From Nanobdellota archaeon (GTDB taxonomy: Archaea; Nanobdellota; Nanobdellia; Pacearchaeales; GW2011-AR1), in contig JBBSYL010000015.1 of assembly GCA_038045265.1 (NCBI GenBank), forward strand, positions 21,780-53,779: 32,000 bases of DNA. The letters run 5' to 3'. This document shows positions 16,789 through 26,093 of the stretch, in pieces. A program made the position numbers and the translations under genes. Under the pieces are notes generated by a model that was not told where the DNA came from, did no database searches, and saw only the letters and a list, made by a program, of their open reading frames with translations. Position 1 is the first letter of the stretch. Every line of letters begins with the position of its first letter.

Positions 16789-16832
16789 TATAAATCCAGT
16801 ATATACATATCAGTATATACATAAAGTATACT
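16787..16832 (+). promoter_or_regulatory. hsp20-cdc48 promoter: TATA box followed by three tandem AGTATA(TA)C boxes
   Basis: TTTATAAA lies at 16787-16794. CAGTATATACATA occurs at 16797-16809 and 16811-16823, then AAGTATACT at 16824-16832. ATG 16844 lies 49 nt from the TATA box, so this mRNA has a leader, unlike most genes here. Confidence 0.5.
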
Positions 16833-16843
16833 AATTAATTAAC

Positions 16844-17233
16844 ATGGATGAAGACGACTTTTTCAGCAACAACGACCAATTTGAAGACATAGTTGCATCT
16901 TTCTTTAACCGTTCAGGAACAAGAAAGAAAGGCAGAAGTCAAAGGCAAGAGGAAGATGAGTCAGAACTTGGGTTCATAGAAGCTCCAGATAAAGTGTTTA
17001 TAATACTTGAAATTCCAGGATATACTCAAAAAGAAATAGCCCTTGCAGTAAAAAGCAACGAACTTTACATAAAAGCCAAAAAATCAACTCTTTCAAATAT
17101 AAAAGAATATCTTGCACCCAAATTTGAGCAGGAATTAAATATAATAAGAACAATTCCAAATTCGGCAAACACAAAAAAGATGAATTATACTTATAAAAAC
17201 GGTATTTTGGAGGTCGCATTCGAGAAAAAATGA
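16844..17233 (+). CDS. hsp20: small heat-shock protein, Hsp20/alpha-crystallin family
   Basis: The alpha-crystallin domain pattern is present: FIEAPDKVFIILEIPGYTQKEIALAVKSNELYIKAKK ... [13 protein letters not shown]. Confidence 0.85.
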   Translation: MDEDDFFSNNDQFEDIVASFFNRSGTRKKGRSQRQEEDESELGFIEAPDKVFIILEIPGYTQKEIALAVKSNELYIKAKKSTLSNIKEYLAPKFEQELNIIRTIPNSANTKKMNYTYKNGILEVAFEKK

Positions 17234-19380
17234 ATGAAATAAAATTAGAAGTTGCAGAAGCACTACAAGAAGATATTGATAAGGGCTTAGCAAGAGTTTC
17301 AAGCAAATTAATGAAAGAGTTAAAGCTCTCTTCAGGAGACTTAGTTCAATTAAAAGCAAAATCAAATTTAATGGTAAGATTAATACGTGGTCTTCCAAGT
17401 GATGAGCATAGAGAGATAATAAGACTTGATGGAACAACAAGAGCAAATCTTTCAACATCAATAGGAGAGACAATAGAATTATTTTCAGTAAAAGTAGAAC
17501 CTTTAGACTCTCTAACTCTTTTTCCAGTTCAAGAAGTAAGGTTTTCAAATGACCCTACAGAATACTTCCACACAAGATTGCTTGACAAACCAATGTCTCA
17601 TGGTCAGAAAGTAGTTATAGACGTTTTTGGAACAAGGCTTGTATACGTAGCTTCTAAAATGTCCCCAAAGAATGGAGGCATAGTAAACACAAATACTAAA
17701 ATAACAGTTTCAGATGACGTTCATGCAGTCGACAGCAGAGCAACAAATGTTTCTTATGAAGATATTGGGGGTTTGAAGAATGAAGTAGAATTGATAAGGG
17801 AAATGGTAGAACTTCCAATGAAACACCCAGAGGTTTTTCAAAAGTTGGGAGTAGGTGCTCCAAAAGGGGTTCTTCTTACAGGCCCCCCAGGAACAGGAAA
17901 AACATTATTAGCAAAAGCAGTAGCAAATGAAACAGAAGCAAATTTCTATTCAATAGCGGGTCCAGAAATAATGAGCAAATATTATGGAGAATCAGAAAAA
18001 CATATAAGAGAAGTATTTGAAAAGGCAGAGAAAAATGCTCCAAGTATAATTTTCATAGATGAAATAGATTCAATAGCGCCAAAGAGAGGAGAAAGTACAG
18101 ACAATACAGAAAAAAGAATTGTTGCACAACTTCTTACTATAATGGATGGATTAAAATCTCGAGGGCAGGTGGTAGTTATGGCTGCAACAAATCGCCCAGA
18201 TGACATTGATGAAGCGTTAAGAAGACCAGGCAGATTTGATAGAGAATTAAAGATAAATGCACCAGATGAATCTGGAAGAAAAGAGATTCTTAAGATACAC
18301 ACAAGAGGAATGCCTTTAGACAAAGATGTTAATTTTGATGAAATAGCATACAAGACAATAGGTTTTACAGGAGCAGACATAGAAGTTTTAACCAAGGAGG
18401 CAGCACTTAAAGCATTAAGACCACATTTAGCAGAACTAAGAAATACTAAAGGAAAAATGCCCCTCGATAAATTAAATAAAATTTATATCACAGGTTTGCA
18501 TTTCAATGAAGCTTTGAAAGCAGTTGAACCTTCCGCAATGAGAGAAGTTTTGATAAACAGACCCCATACAAAGTGGGCAGATGTTGGAGGATTAGATTTT
18601 GCAAAAGAAAAGCTAAGAGAATTAATAGAATTGCCTTTGATAAAACCAGAATTATTTGTAGAAGCAGGAATAACTCCCAGCAAAGGAATAATATTATCAG
18701 GCCCCCCAGGAACAGGAAAAACATTATTAGCTAAAGCCATTGCAAACGAAGCGAATGCAAACTTTATATCAATAAAGGGCCCTGAATTAGTAAGCAAATG
18801 GGTGGGAGAGTCAGAAAAACATCTAAGGGAAATATTCAAAAAAGCAAGACAAGTAGCGCCTTGTATAATTTTCTTTGATGAATTTGACAGCATTGCAAAA
18901 GTTCGTGGCTCTGGTTTTAATGATTCAACAGAAAAAATGGTAAATCAATTATTAACGGAAATGGATGGAGTAGAAGACTTAGAAAAGGTAATGATTGTAG
19001 CTGCAACAAACAGAATAGATTTAATAGACCCTGCACTTCTAAGACCAGGGAGATTCGATGCAATAGTAGAATTATCGGTTCCAGATAAAGAGACAAGAAA
19101 AAAGATTTTTGAAGTGCATACAAAGGCAATGCCCTTGGAGAAAGATATTAATCTTGAAGATTATGCAGAAAAAACAAATAATTTTACGGGAGCAGACATA
19201 TCGGCAATAGCAAGAGAAGCCGGCTTAATTGCTATAAAGAAAGTTTATAGGGAAAAAGGAAAAGTGGTAAAGATAACCAAAGAAGATTTTGATAAAGCAT
19301 TAGAAAACGTATCAAAATCAACTGGAAAGAAATTATCTGTTAAAGACGATAAGAAACACGAATTAAAGAAGGAAAAATAA
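17230..19380 (+). CDS. cdc48: CDC48/VCP-like AAA+ ATPase (double AAA domain)
   Basis: Two Walker A motifs ([17 protein letters not shown] and [17 protein letters not shown]) and two Walker B motifs (IIFIDEIDS and IIFFDEFDS) are present. An N-terminal CDC48-type domain precedes them. The start overlaps the hsp20 stop (ATGA at 17230-17233). Confidence 0.95.
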   Translation: MNEIKLEVAEALQEDIDKGLARVSSKLMKELKLSSGDLVQLKAKSNLMVRLIRGLPSDEHREIIRLDGTTRANLSTSIGETIELFSVKVEPLDSLTLFPVQEVRFSNDPTEYFHTRLLDKPMSHGQKVVIDVFGTRLVYVASKMSPKNGGIVNTNTKITVSDDVHAVDSRATNVSYEDIGGLKNEVELIREMVELPMKHPEVFQKLGVGAPKGVLLTGPPGTGKTLLAKAVANETEANFYSIAGPEIMSKYYGESEKHIREVFEKAEKNAPSIIFIDEIDSIAPKRGESTDNTEKRIVAQLLTIMDGLKSRGQVVVMAATNRPDDIDEALRRPGRFDRELKINAPDESGRKEILKIHTRGMPLDKDVNFDEIAYKTIGFTGADIEVLTKEAALKALRPHLAELRNTKGKMPLDKLNKIYITGLHFNEALKAVEPSAMREVLINRPHTKWADVGGLDFAKEKLRELIELPLIKPELFVEAGITPSKGIILSGPPGTGKTLLAKAIANEANANFISIKGPELVSKWVGESEKHLREIFKKARQVAPCIIFFDEFDSIAKVRGSGFNDSTEKMVNQLLTEMDGVEDLEKVMIVAATNRIDLIDPALLRPGRFDAIVELSVPDKETRKKIFEVHTKAMPLEKDINLEDYAEKTNNFTGADISAIAREAGLIAIKKVYREKGKVVKITKEDFDKALENVSKSTGKKLSVKDDKKHELKKEK

Positions 19381-19430
19381 AAATTATTTTCAAATTTATC
19401 AATTATTCATAAATGGCTATTTACAGAAAA

Positions 19431-20624
19431 TTACAAACTTACTAACTGCACTTTCTCGTCACCCTTCACAGCACCGAAACTTGTTGCTCCACAATACTTT
19501 ACACCTGCTTCATCACATGCTTTTATTGTAGCGCCTGTCGCCTGCCCATCAATTATAACTGCAAAAGCGGGCTTTCTTGAGCTTAAAATATTTTTAGTTA
19601 CTTCCCTATTAGAAACCTTCTTTATTACATCAAAATTATTATCTACTAAAACTGCGTTCTTGCTATCTTTTATTTTTTCATATGCTTCTTTTACAGCTTT
19701 TTTTGCATCTCCGCTGTAGTCTCCAGAATCTGTCCTGCTGGATACTTCTTCTCTAACTTCTCTTCTTTCATAATTATTATATCTGTCATTTCCGTTTCCA
19801 TTTCTTAAATTCCATTTTACATATTCTTCAGTTATTACTTTTCTTCTCAATGCAATCAATATTTCCTTTCCAACAAGTTCTTCAACTTCTTTCCCATCTG
19901 GAGCAACTGCAACATATTTAATTTTAGCATTATTTATCACATTTTGCGCTATGAGTTTTCCCCCCCTATCGCCATCAATAAACAATGTCAATTCTTTTAT
20001 CTCTCCAAGTTTTGTAATTTCTCTTGGTAATTTAGTTCCATTCATCCCTATAACATTATTTACTCTGTTTTTCAATAAATTGACAACATCTGCTCTTCCC
20101 TCAACAACAATTATTTCATTGCCAGACAAATCTCCTGCAGGAAGCTTTTCTTCACCATATTCTTGTATTCTAGCAGCTCTTGATTCTTCTGTTATTGATC
20201 TGCTCAATTCTCCAAATTGTGAACCTGAATCAATGCCTTCAAGAAGCTTTCTAGCCCTATCAACAATAAAATCTCTCTTGCTTCCCCTCACATCTTCTAT
20301 TTTATTTATCTCAATTCTTGCTTCTGTAGGCCCTATTCTATCTATTGTTTCTAATGCCGCGGCAACCATGGCTGTCTCTGACTTATCTAATGCGCTTGGT
20401 AACTTAATTTCTCCAACACTTTTTCCATCCACTATCTCCAACTCTACTTCTATTCTCCCTATCTTCCCTTCTTTCTGTAATTCCCTCATTTCCATATCAT
20501 TGCCAAGTAATCCTTCTGTCTGTCCGAATATAGCTCCGATTACATCAGGCTTTTCTAAAGGTCCTTCCGCTCTAAATGAGGCATGAACCATATACTTTAT
20601 TGATACTGGGCTTACTTTTGCCAT
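19431..20624 (-). CDS. dnaG: archaeal DnaG-type Toprim protein (primase homologue / exosome-associated)
   Basis: The N-terminus is IKYMVHASFRAEGPLEKPDVIGAIFGQTEGLLG. The Toprim block is IIVVEGRADVVNL...FIDGDRGG. I prefer ATG 20624, because the ORF-track start at 20678 is a GTG that adds a hydrophobic extension. Confidence 0.9.
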   Translation of the reverse strand: MAKVSPVSIKYMVHASFRAEGPLEKPDVIGAIFGQTEGLLGNDMEMRELQKEGKIGRIEVELEIVDGKSVGEIKLPSALDKSETAMVAAALETIDRIGPTEARIEINKIEDVRGSKRDFIVDRARKLLEGIDSGSQFGELSRSITEESRAARIQEYGEEKLPAGDLSGNEIIVVEGRADVVNLLKNRVNNVIGMNGTKLPREITKLGEIKELTLFIDGDRGGKLIAQNVINNAKIKYVAVAPDGKEVEELVGKEILIALRRKVITEEYVKWNLRNGNGNDRYNNYERREVREEVSSRTDSGDYSGDAKKAVKEAYEKIKDSKNAVLVDNNFDVIKKVSNREVTKNILSSRKPAFAVIIDGQATGATIKACDEAGVKYCGATSFGAVKGDEKVQLVSL

Positions 20625-20885
20625 TTTTATTTTTTCTATAGAAAGAAATAGTCCAATCCAACCTGCAATGCCCAACACGGGCGCGAGTATGAAAGTGAAA
20701 TAATCTTATGAATATCTCTTCCTATAGTGAGCAGAACGATTGTAGCTTTTTAAACCTTTTTATCAGAAAAACCTTTAGAATGAGACACCGAAAACAAGGC
20801 TTTTCAGGATATATAAATCTTATTGCTATTTTTTTACCGACGGAAATCTTTATAAACTCTTTATAGTTCCCAAGAAAAAGATACC

Positions 20886-20999
20886 ATGGCGCAAAAAGAG
20901 GTGCTGAAAGAGGAGTCTTTCAAGGAAAATGAAGAGCTACAAGACCAGTTAGAAGATGCAGATGCTCTCTTCGACGGCTTAGAGTCAATGTCAGAATAA
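20886..20999 (+). CDS. possible 37-aa acidic micro-protein (MAQKEVLKEESFKENEELQDQLEDADALFDGLESMSE)
   Basis: It is below the ORF-track cutoff. It is framed by a TATA box (TTTATAAA, 20849-20856) 29 nt upstream and by a strong oligo-T terminator directly after the stop codon. The overlapping 63-aa minus-strand ORF looks spurious. Confidence 0.4.
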   Translation: MAQKEVLKEESFKENEELQDQLEDADALFDGLESMSE

Positions 21000-21000
21000 C

Positions 21001-21025
21001 TTTTTCTTTTATTTTTTATTTTTTT
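21001..21025 (+). terminator. oligo-T terminator (TTTTTCTTTTATTTTTTATTTTTTT)
   Basis: It starts 2 nt after the stop codon of micro-ORF 20886-20999. Confidence 0.5.
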
Positions 21026-21060
21026 AAAATAGAATAGTCTTAGAAAGTGCAATTAAAGAT

Positions 21061-21621
21061 TTACATTCCCCTCTTCAAATTATAGAACTCCCTTATCTTT
21101 CCAAGCTTTTCATAAAGGCCTATAAGCTTTTTCTTAATATCCTCTTTTTCTCCTGCATCTAAATCAATAGAGAGAAGTCTTTCATAAGCCTCGACTGCTT
21201 GTCTTCTTTTATCCCTAGTAAGGCATTCATCAGCATATTTTTTGTACATATTTTTTCTTGATAAATCTAAGTTTCTCTTTTCGCTCACTCCAGCAATAAT
21301 CAATGCTTTCTTAAATGAAGTATCTGCTTCATCAAAATTATTTCCCTTAACGAAAAGCTCAGCAGACTTTACTAACTCCTGCTTCTTTCCCATTTCTGTA
21401 GGGTTTATATCAGAAGCATGCCTCAATAATTTACCAGCTTCAAGAAACATTCCTCTCTTTTCATATATCCCAGATAAAGTTAGTAGGACAAATCTTCTTG
21501 TATCAAAATCAAGAGTTTGCCTTAAGCACTGTTGCAGATAATCCATTTTTACATAATCTCCAACAGTCTTCAATTTCTCTTCAACATCTCTCCTGTTCGG
21601 TCCCTCTTTTTTATAATCCAT
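21061..21621 (-). CDS. hypothetical helical-repeat (TPR-like) protein
   Basis: Repeated about-34-aa helical pairs with an A/G/Y/L pattern are visible (e.g. AVEAYERLLSIDLDAGE, LSGIYEKRGMFLEAGKLL). The family assignment is weak. Confidence 0.6.
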   Translation of the reverse strand: MDYKKEGPNRRDVEEKLKTVGDYVKMDYLQQCLRQTLDFDTRRFVLLTLSGIYEKRGMFLEAGKLLRHASDINPTEMGKKQELVKSAELFVKGNNFDEADTSFKKALIIAGVSEKRNLDLSRKNMYKKYADECLTRDKRRQAVEAYERLLSIDLDAGEKEDIKKKLIGLYEKLGKIREFYNLKRGM

Positions 21622-21668
21622 CCCCTAATTCATTGCATTGAGTTTATAAGGATTATTATAGTGAAATG

Positions 21669-22712
21669 TTAATTATTATTTATTAATTCAACATATTTTG
21701 CAGGGTTTTCCATATACGCATGATAAACTGCTCGGGCACCATTTTTTTGAGCCCATTTTATTGCTAAGTGCAAATCTTTGTAATTTCCTTTGCCCACATT
21801 TTTACTCCCGTAATATATCCTATTTATAACTTCTTTTGCTTTTTCAGGCGAAAATCCATATCTTTTTTTCAAAATATCTATTCCAAGTAAATAGGACATT
21901 GACTCGGAAAAAGACTCCCTAGCAACAGATGCATTTTCTTCACCTGCTTTTTCAGCATGTTCAATACTTTTTGCAACAGCATTGATAGGGATAATTTCAG
22001 AGAAGGGGGTCGTAACCAGAGATTCTCCTGCACAAACTACTATAAACCTTCTTCCGTATGTGCTCCCCACACCCATTCCGCCAGATAGGTGTACTGTTCT
22101 ACCCATCATAATATATCTTGAAGGATTGTTTTCTCCGTTTACCTTCATTCTTTGAACTCTAAAATAACTTTCAGCAATGAAACCTCGGTTTGCATACGCT
22201 TCTTCAAAATTATCTCCCTTTTTTACGGGAGTCCAGTTTATATTTACTGGCTCAAATTCAGGAACTTCTTCTAAAAGAAATTCTTCAGCAGATTTGCAGT
22301 GATTAAGACATACAGATATTAATCTTTTTTCTAATGGAATCCCATAAATCTGCAAACTTGGAACAACTTTATATTTATCTCTTGCATCAAATTTCCACTT
22401 TCTAAGAGCTTGCTGTATTGCTGACTTAGAATCCTTTTCTAATCCTGCCCATTCTTCCATGCCTGGCAAGATGTCTTTTCTTTCACCAAGAGGAACATAT
22501 AACCTTACAACATCATCATATCCAACTTTTTCCAGGCTTTCTTTTATATTAACAAAGCTTAAGGGTTGTTCCGCCCTATTTTGATAAATTTCTAATCCTG
22601 CCCATGAAAGTGCACACAAACCACCAGCCAAACCAAAACCTCTTCTCAAAAATTTTCTTCTAGTTACATTGGTGCCTTGCTTAACTTTCTGAGCTCTTCT
22701 GTGTTTATTCAT
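21669..22712 (-). CDS. hypothetical exported protein with a twin-arginine (Tat) signal
   Basis: The N-terminus TRRKFLRRGFGLAGGLCALSWAG matches the S/T-R-R-x-F-L-K type. I do not recognise the mature domain. Confidence 0.65.
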   Translation of the reverse strand: MNKHRRAQKVKQGTNVTRRKFLRRGFGLAGGLCALSWAGLEIYQNRAEQPLSFVNIKESLEKVGYDDVVRLYVPLGERKDILPGMEEWAGLEKDSKSAIQQALRKWKFDARDKYKVVPSLQIYGIPLEKRLISVCLNHCKSAEEFLLEEVPEFEPVNINWTPVKKGDNFEEAYANRGFIAESYFRVQRMKVNGENNPSRYIMMGRTVHLSGGMGVGSTYGRRFIVVCAGESLVTTPFSEIIPINAVAKSIEHAEKAGEENASVARESFSESMSYLLGIDILKKRYGFSPEKAKEVINRIYYGSKNVGKGNYKDLHLAIKWAQKNGARAVYHAYMENPAKYVELINNN

Positions 22713-22733
22713 AAAAAATCTGGAAGTTGTGCT

Positions 22734-22741
22734 TATTTAAG
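22734..22741 (-). promoter_or_regulatory. TATA box (CTTAAATA on the minus strand) for the Tat-signal protein gene
   Basis: There are 21 nt between the box and ATG 22712. Confidence 0.45.
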
Positions 22742-22898
22742 CTTATCTCAAATTCAAAACAGGGTCGAATATAGAACTCAAAGTATTAGCAATCATATCA
22801 AAGAAAAGCTTCAAATAAGTTATGTGATTAAATATGTTATTCATTTCAGAGAAAATCTCCCTTGAATTTGTTTTATTTTAAGTTTAGAATATCAGAAA

Positions 22899-24179
22899 TT
22901 AAACTGTTTTGGCTTTCAATTCTATGCAAACGCCTGCAGCAACTGTTGCTCCAGCATCTCTGATTGCAAATCTTGCCATGTGTGGATTTGTAGCTTGTGT
23001 TTCAAGTACAAGGTTTCCAATTGGCTTGATTCTTACTCTCGCAACATCTCCGTTCTTCAAGAAATCCGGATTTTTTGTAGTTACTCCAGAAGGCTCTGTC
23101 TTTTCTATTAGTTCTATGAATTGGCATGGAACTTGTGCAGTATGAACATGGAATACTGGCGTATAGCCTTTAGCAATGACTGTAGGATGTGATATGACTG
23201 CAATCTGTGCTACGAATTCTTCAGCGATTGTCGCAGGTTTGGTAGCATCGCATACAACATCTCCTCTCGCAACATCTTTCTTTCCAACTCCCCTTATGTT
23301 TATTCCAACATTGTCTCCAGCTTCTGCTTGAGGTAACTGTTCATGGTGCATTTCTATTGTTCTTACTTCTCCGGCAATTCCTTTTCCAGACCTTCCAGGA
23401 AGAATTATAACTTTGTGCCCAATCTTCATTATTCCAGTTTCAATTTTTCCTACCGGAACTGTTCCTATTCCTGTAATCTCATAAACATCCTGTAATGGCA
23501 TTCTTAATGGTAAGTTTGTTGGCTTGTCTGGATCTTTGAATAAATCAAGTTGTTCAAATATAGTAGGTCCTTTATACCAAGGCATATTTGAAGATTTCTT
23601 GAAAACGTTATCCCCCTTGAATCCAGATATCGCAAGGAATGTCATTGTATCTGTTTTGTATCCTGCTTGTTTCAAAACTGCAGAAACTTCAGCTTTGATT
23701 TTATTAAAAACATCTTCTTTGTAATCAACAGCATCCATTTTATTAATAGCAACAGCAACCTCTCCAACACCCATAGTTCTCAAAAGCCATACATGCTCCT
23801 TTGTCTGTGGCTGGACTCCATCTTTAGCAGATAATGTCAAGAATGCGGCGTCTGCTTGTGATGCTCCAGTAATCATGTTTTTAACGAAGTCTTTGTGCCC
23901 AGGTGCATCAATTATGGTAACTTCTCTCTTGTTTGTTACAATCTTCTGATAAGATAAGTCAATAGTAACTCCCCTTTCTCTCTCTTCTTTAAATCTATCC
24001 ATAACGAAAGCGAATTCAAAACCTGCCTTTCCATGCTTTTGAGCTTCAGCTTTCAATTTATCCAGTTCAGTTTCAGGAACTGCTCCAGAATCATACATCA
24101 ATCTACCTATTGTAGTTGATTTTCCATGGTCAACATGCCCTACAAACACTACATTGATTACTGGTTTTTGTTTTACCAT
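22899..24179 (-). CDS. tuf: translation elongation factor 1-alpha (aEF-1A)
   Basis: The G1-G4 motifs are VGHVDHGKSTTIGRL, DAPGH and NKMD. Similarity to archaeal/eukaryotic EF-1alpha runs across all three domains. Confidence 0.97.
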   Translation of the reverse strand: MVKQKPVINVVFVGHVDHGKSTTIGRLMYDSGAVPETELDKLKAEAQKHGKAGFEFAFVMDRFKEERERGVTIDLSYQKIVTNKREVTIIDAPGHKDFVKNMITGASQADAAFLTLSAKDGVQPQTKEHVWLLRTMGVGEVAVAINKMDAVDYKEDVFNKIKAEVSAVLKQAGYKTDTMTFLAISGFKGDNVFKKSSNMPWYKGPTIFEQLDLFKDPDKPTNLPLRMPLQDVYEITGIGTVPVGKIETGIMKIGHKVIILPGRSGKGIAGEVRTIEMHHEQLPQAEAGDNVGINIRGVGKKDVARGDVVCDATKPATIAEEFVAQIAVISHPTVIAKGYTPVFHVHTAQVPCQFIELIEKTEPSGVTTKNPDFLKNGDVARVRIKPIGNLVLETQATNPHMARFAIRDAGATVAAGVCIELKAKTV

Positions 24180-24463
24180 TATATTTCTACCAAGTATTAT
24201 TTTCTAATTTTGTGGGTATTTAAATCTTTTGTTCATTTGAACAAAATGATTTTGGAAATTTTAAATTTACAATACTTTTTGCTTTACTTTGTAAAGAAAC
24301 CTTGCTTTGTTAAACCCTCAAGATTTTTTCAAATCTTGATGGCCATCAAGAACTTTGTTCTTGAGGTTTACCAAAGTTTATTTAAAACTTTCGTTCAAAT
24401 AAAAAATAATTCATTGTGTTTCAATCAAACAATGTTTAAAAACACACAATTCCGATAAAACTA

Positions 24464-26092
24464 ATGAACGATTCAACGCCTATTTATGAATTAGCCAATA
24501 GAGGGGGAGTTGATTTCGAATCTGTTCTAGAATTAAGTATTGCTACGCAGGAAGCAGGAGTATCAGATTTGCAATCTTTAAGATCATCTGCTTCAGAATT
24601 AAAACAAAAACTTCTTTTATCTTCTGGTGCCTCAAAGTTGTTCGATGAAATAGTCGCAGGAAAATATTCTGCAACAGAGACTCGCGCCTCTTTAAAAAAA
24701 GAAACCTCTCCAGAAGTAAATAATCAAGAGCAAACAAAAACAATCGAAGATAAACTCCAAGCTAAAAACTCTCCAACAACTTCCACAGCTCAATCTCAGC
24801 CACCTGAGCAAGAGCCAAAGAAATCTGAACTCTCTGTGACAGAGAAGAAACTTGCGCTTGGATGGAAAAAGATGAATTTAGCAAAATTACCTGCAGTCGC
24901 AGTTTTAGGACATATAGAAAATATGGGCAAAAAAATGCAAATTCATGCTTATATTGTCAGAAACAATGTTAAAACTCTGCAAGATTTAGAAAACACGCCT
25001 TATCATAATTTCACCTCATTCAGATTAGAAAGAGATAGATGTGTAAGTACTTTTGCGGTGGCTTCAATGAGAGAAGCAATAGCAGATAATTTTTGGGTAG
25101 ATCCTAAAAAAGAAAATATGTTAAGAAATCAAGCAGACGCAATTCCAAATAATTCATATCCAGTTTCAGACTTAATAGCCCATATTGCAGAAGAAAGTGA
25201 AGGAGTCGCAGCATATGTTAGAAGTTATGTAGGAGAAAGAAAAATAAGGACAGTAGATGGGTTGTCCTCTTTATCAGATTCTGTTTTACGAGGGGGAGGT
25301 TTTAAAGAAAAATCTCTTAGTCTTGTAAGAGATATTATCGCAGAAAGATATCCCTCTCTGATAAATAGAGAATCTCAAAGCGTTCCAGATGAGAGATCAG
25401 AAAAAAAAGAGGATACTTCTCCAAAAGTTGTAAGAGGTTATTCATGCGAGGTAGATGGATGTAGATTAACTGTAAATGGTCAAAGAATAATTGCACAGCC
25501 AAATTATAGAATAGGGGTTTTAACTGTAACAGAAATGACAAAAAAATTAGAGAGAATGTTTAGCCTCCATTCTCAAGGAAAGGATCCAGAAGAAATAAAA
25601 AGAGATCCTAGTATAGGATTTAGCGTAGAAACTATAAATGATTATTTAGCTAAAGCAAGAGTTATTCCAGAACAGAAAATTCCTGTTCAAGTCTTAAAAG
25701 AGCCACTAAGAAATTATCAATTTAGGAGAGATGGATGTAGATTAACTGTAAATGGTCAAGAGATAAAATTAGTGCGTGGGAAAGGAGGTAATAAAGATAC
25801 TTTGGCTAAAAATCTAGAGAGAATTTTTCATATGCATTCCATTGAAGGAAAGAATCCTGATGAAATTTACAGAGACCCAGGAGTTAAGCTAGTTTTACCA
25901 ACAATTATGAAATATTTAAGAATAGCCAAAGTTATACCGCAAGCAGTTACAGATAAAGAGAAGCTACTCCCAAGTGAAGTTTATTTAGAATCAAGAGTAG
26001 TGTATGATGCGGATTTGAATGCAACTGTCCATCCTGCACCTCCAAGAAACCCTTTAGAATTTCAGCCTACATTGGAAAATTTATTAAAATAA
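24464..26092 (+). CDS. hypothetical protein with a low-complexity linker, HhH-like segments and a tandem about-92-aa duplicated C-terminal domain (HTH-like)
   Basis: The two repeat units start at YSCEVDGCRLTVNGQ and YQFRRDGCRLTVNGQ. Each ends in G-K-(D/N)-P-(E/D)-EI-x-RDP...YL..A(K/R)VIP. I recognise no family. Confidence 0.7.
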   Translation: MNDSTPIYELANRGGVDFESVLELSIATQEAGVSDLQSLRSSASELKQKLLLSSGASKLFDEIVAGKYSATETRASLKKETSPEVNNQEQTKTIEDKLQAKNSPTTSTAQSQPPEQEPKKSELSVTEKKLALGWKKMNLAKLPAVAVLGHIENMGKKMQIHAYIVRNNVKTLQDLENTPYHNFTSFRLERDRCVSTFAVASMREAIADNFWVDPKKENMLRNQADAIPNNSYPVSDLIAHIAEESEGVAAYVRSYVGERKIRTVDGLSSLSDSVLRGGGFKEKSLSLVRDIIAERYPSLINRESQSVPDERSEKKEDTSPKVVRGYSCEVDGCRLTVNGQRIIAQPNYRIGVLTVTEMTKKLERMFSLHSQGKDPEEIKRDPSIGFSVETINDYLAKARVIPEQKIPVQVLKEPLRNYQFRRDGCRLTVNGQEIKLVRGKGGNKDTLAKNLERIFHMHSIEGKNPDEIYRDPGVKLVLPTIMKYLRIAKVIPQAVTDKEKLLPSEVYLESRVVYDADLNATVHPAPPRNPLEFQPTLENLLK

Positions 26093-26093
26093 A

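Noticed and set aside
16797-16832. The tandem 13-14-nt repeats, considered as a mini CRISPR-like or satellite array.
   Set aside because: There are only three short units with no spacers, located between a TATA box and a start codon. An operator interpretation fits better. I saw no CRISPR array anywhere in the window.
17135-19129. Minus-strand ORFs inside hsp20/cdc48 (16998-17306, 17135-17548, 17982-18395, 18483-18893, 18503-18724, 18917-19129).
   Set aside because: They are Leu/Ser-rich antisense artefacts that lie fully within the strongly supported CDC48 reading frame.
19951-20586. A 211-aa plus-strand ORF opposite dnaG.
   Set aside because: It is a Ser/Pro/Leu-rich antisense product within the clear DnaG/Toprim frame.
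20861-21052. A 63-aa minus-strand ORF.
   Set aside because: Its composition is poor. It runs through an oligo-A/T terminator tract and overlaps a better-framed plus-strand micro-ORF with its own TATA box and terminator.
22677-22865. A 62-aa plus-strand ORF in the gap between EF-1alpha and the Tat-signal protein gene.
   Set aside because: It starts antisense to the Tat-signal gene and has no promoter spacing or family support. A 9-nt long-range inverted repeat here (CAAATTCAA about 22749 and TTGAATTTG about 22862) is too likely by chance in AT-rich DNA to call an ncRNA.
24126-24458. A 110-aa plus-strand ORF spanning the EF-1alpha start and the intergenic region.
   Set aside because: It begins antisense to EF-1alpha. 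Its Phe/Leu/Lys/Asn-rich product is typical of AT-rich non-coding DNA. The region is better explained as promoters plus palindromic regulatory sequence.
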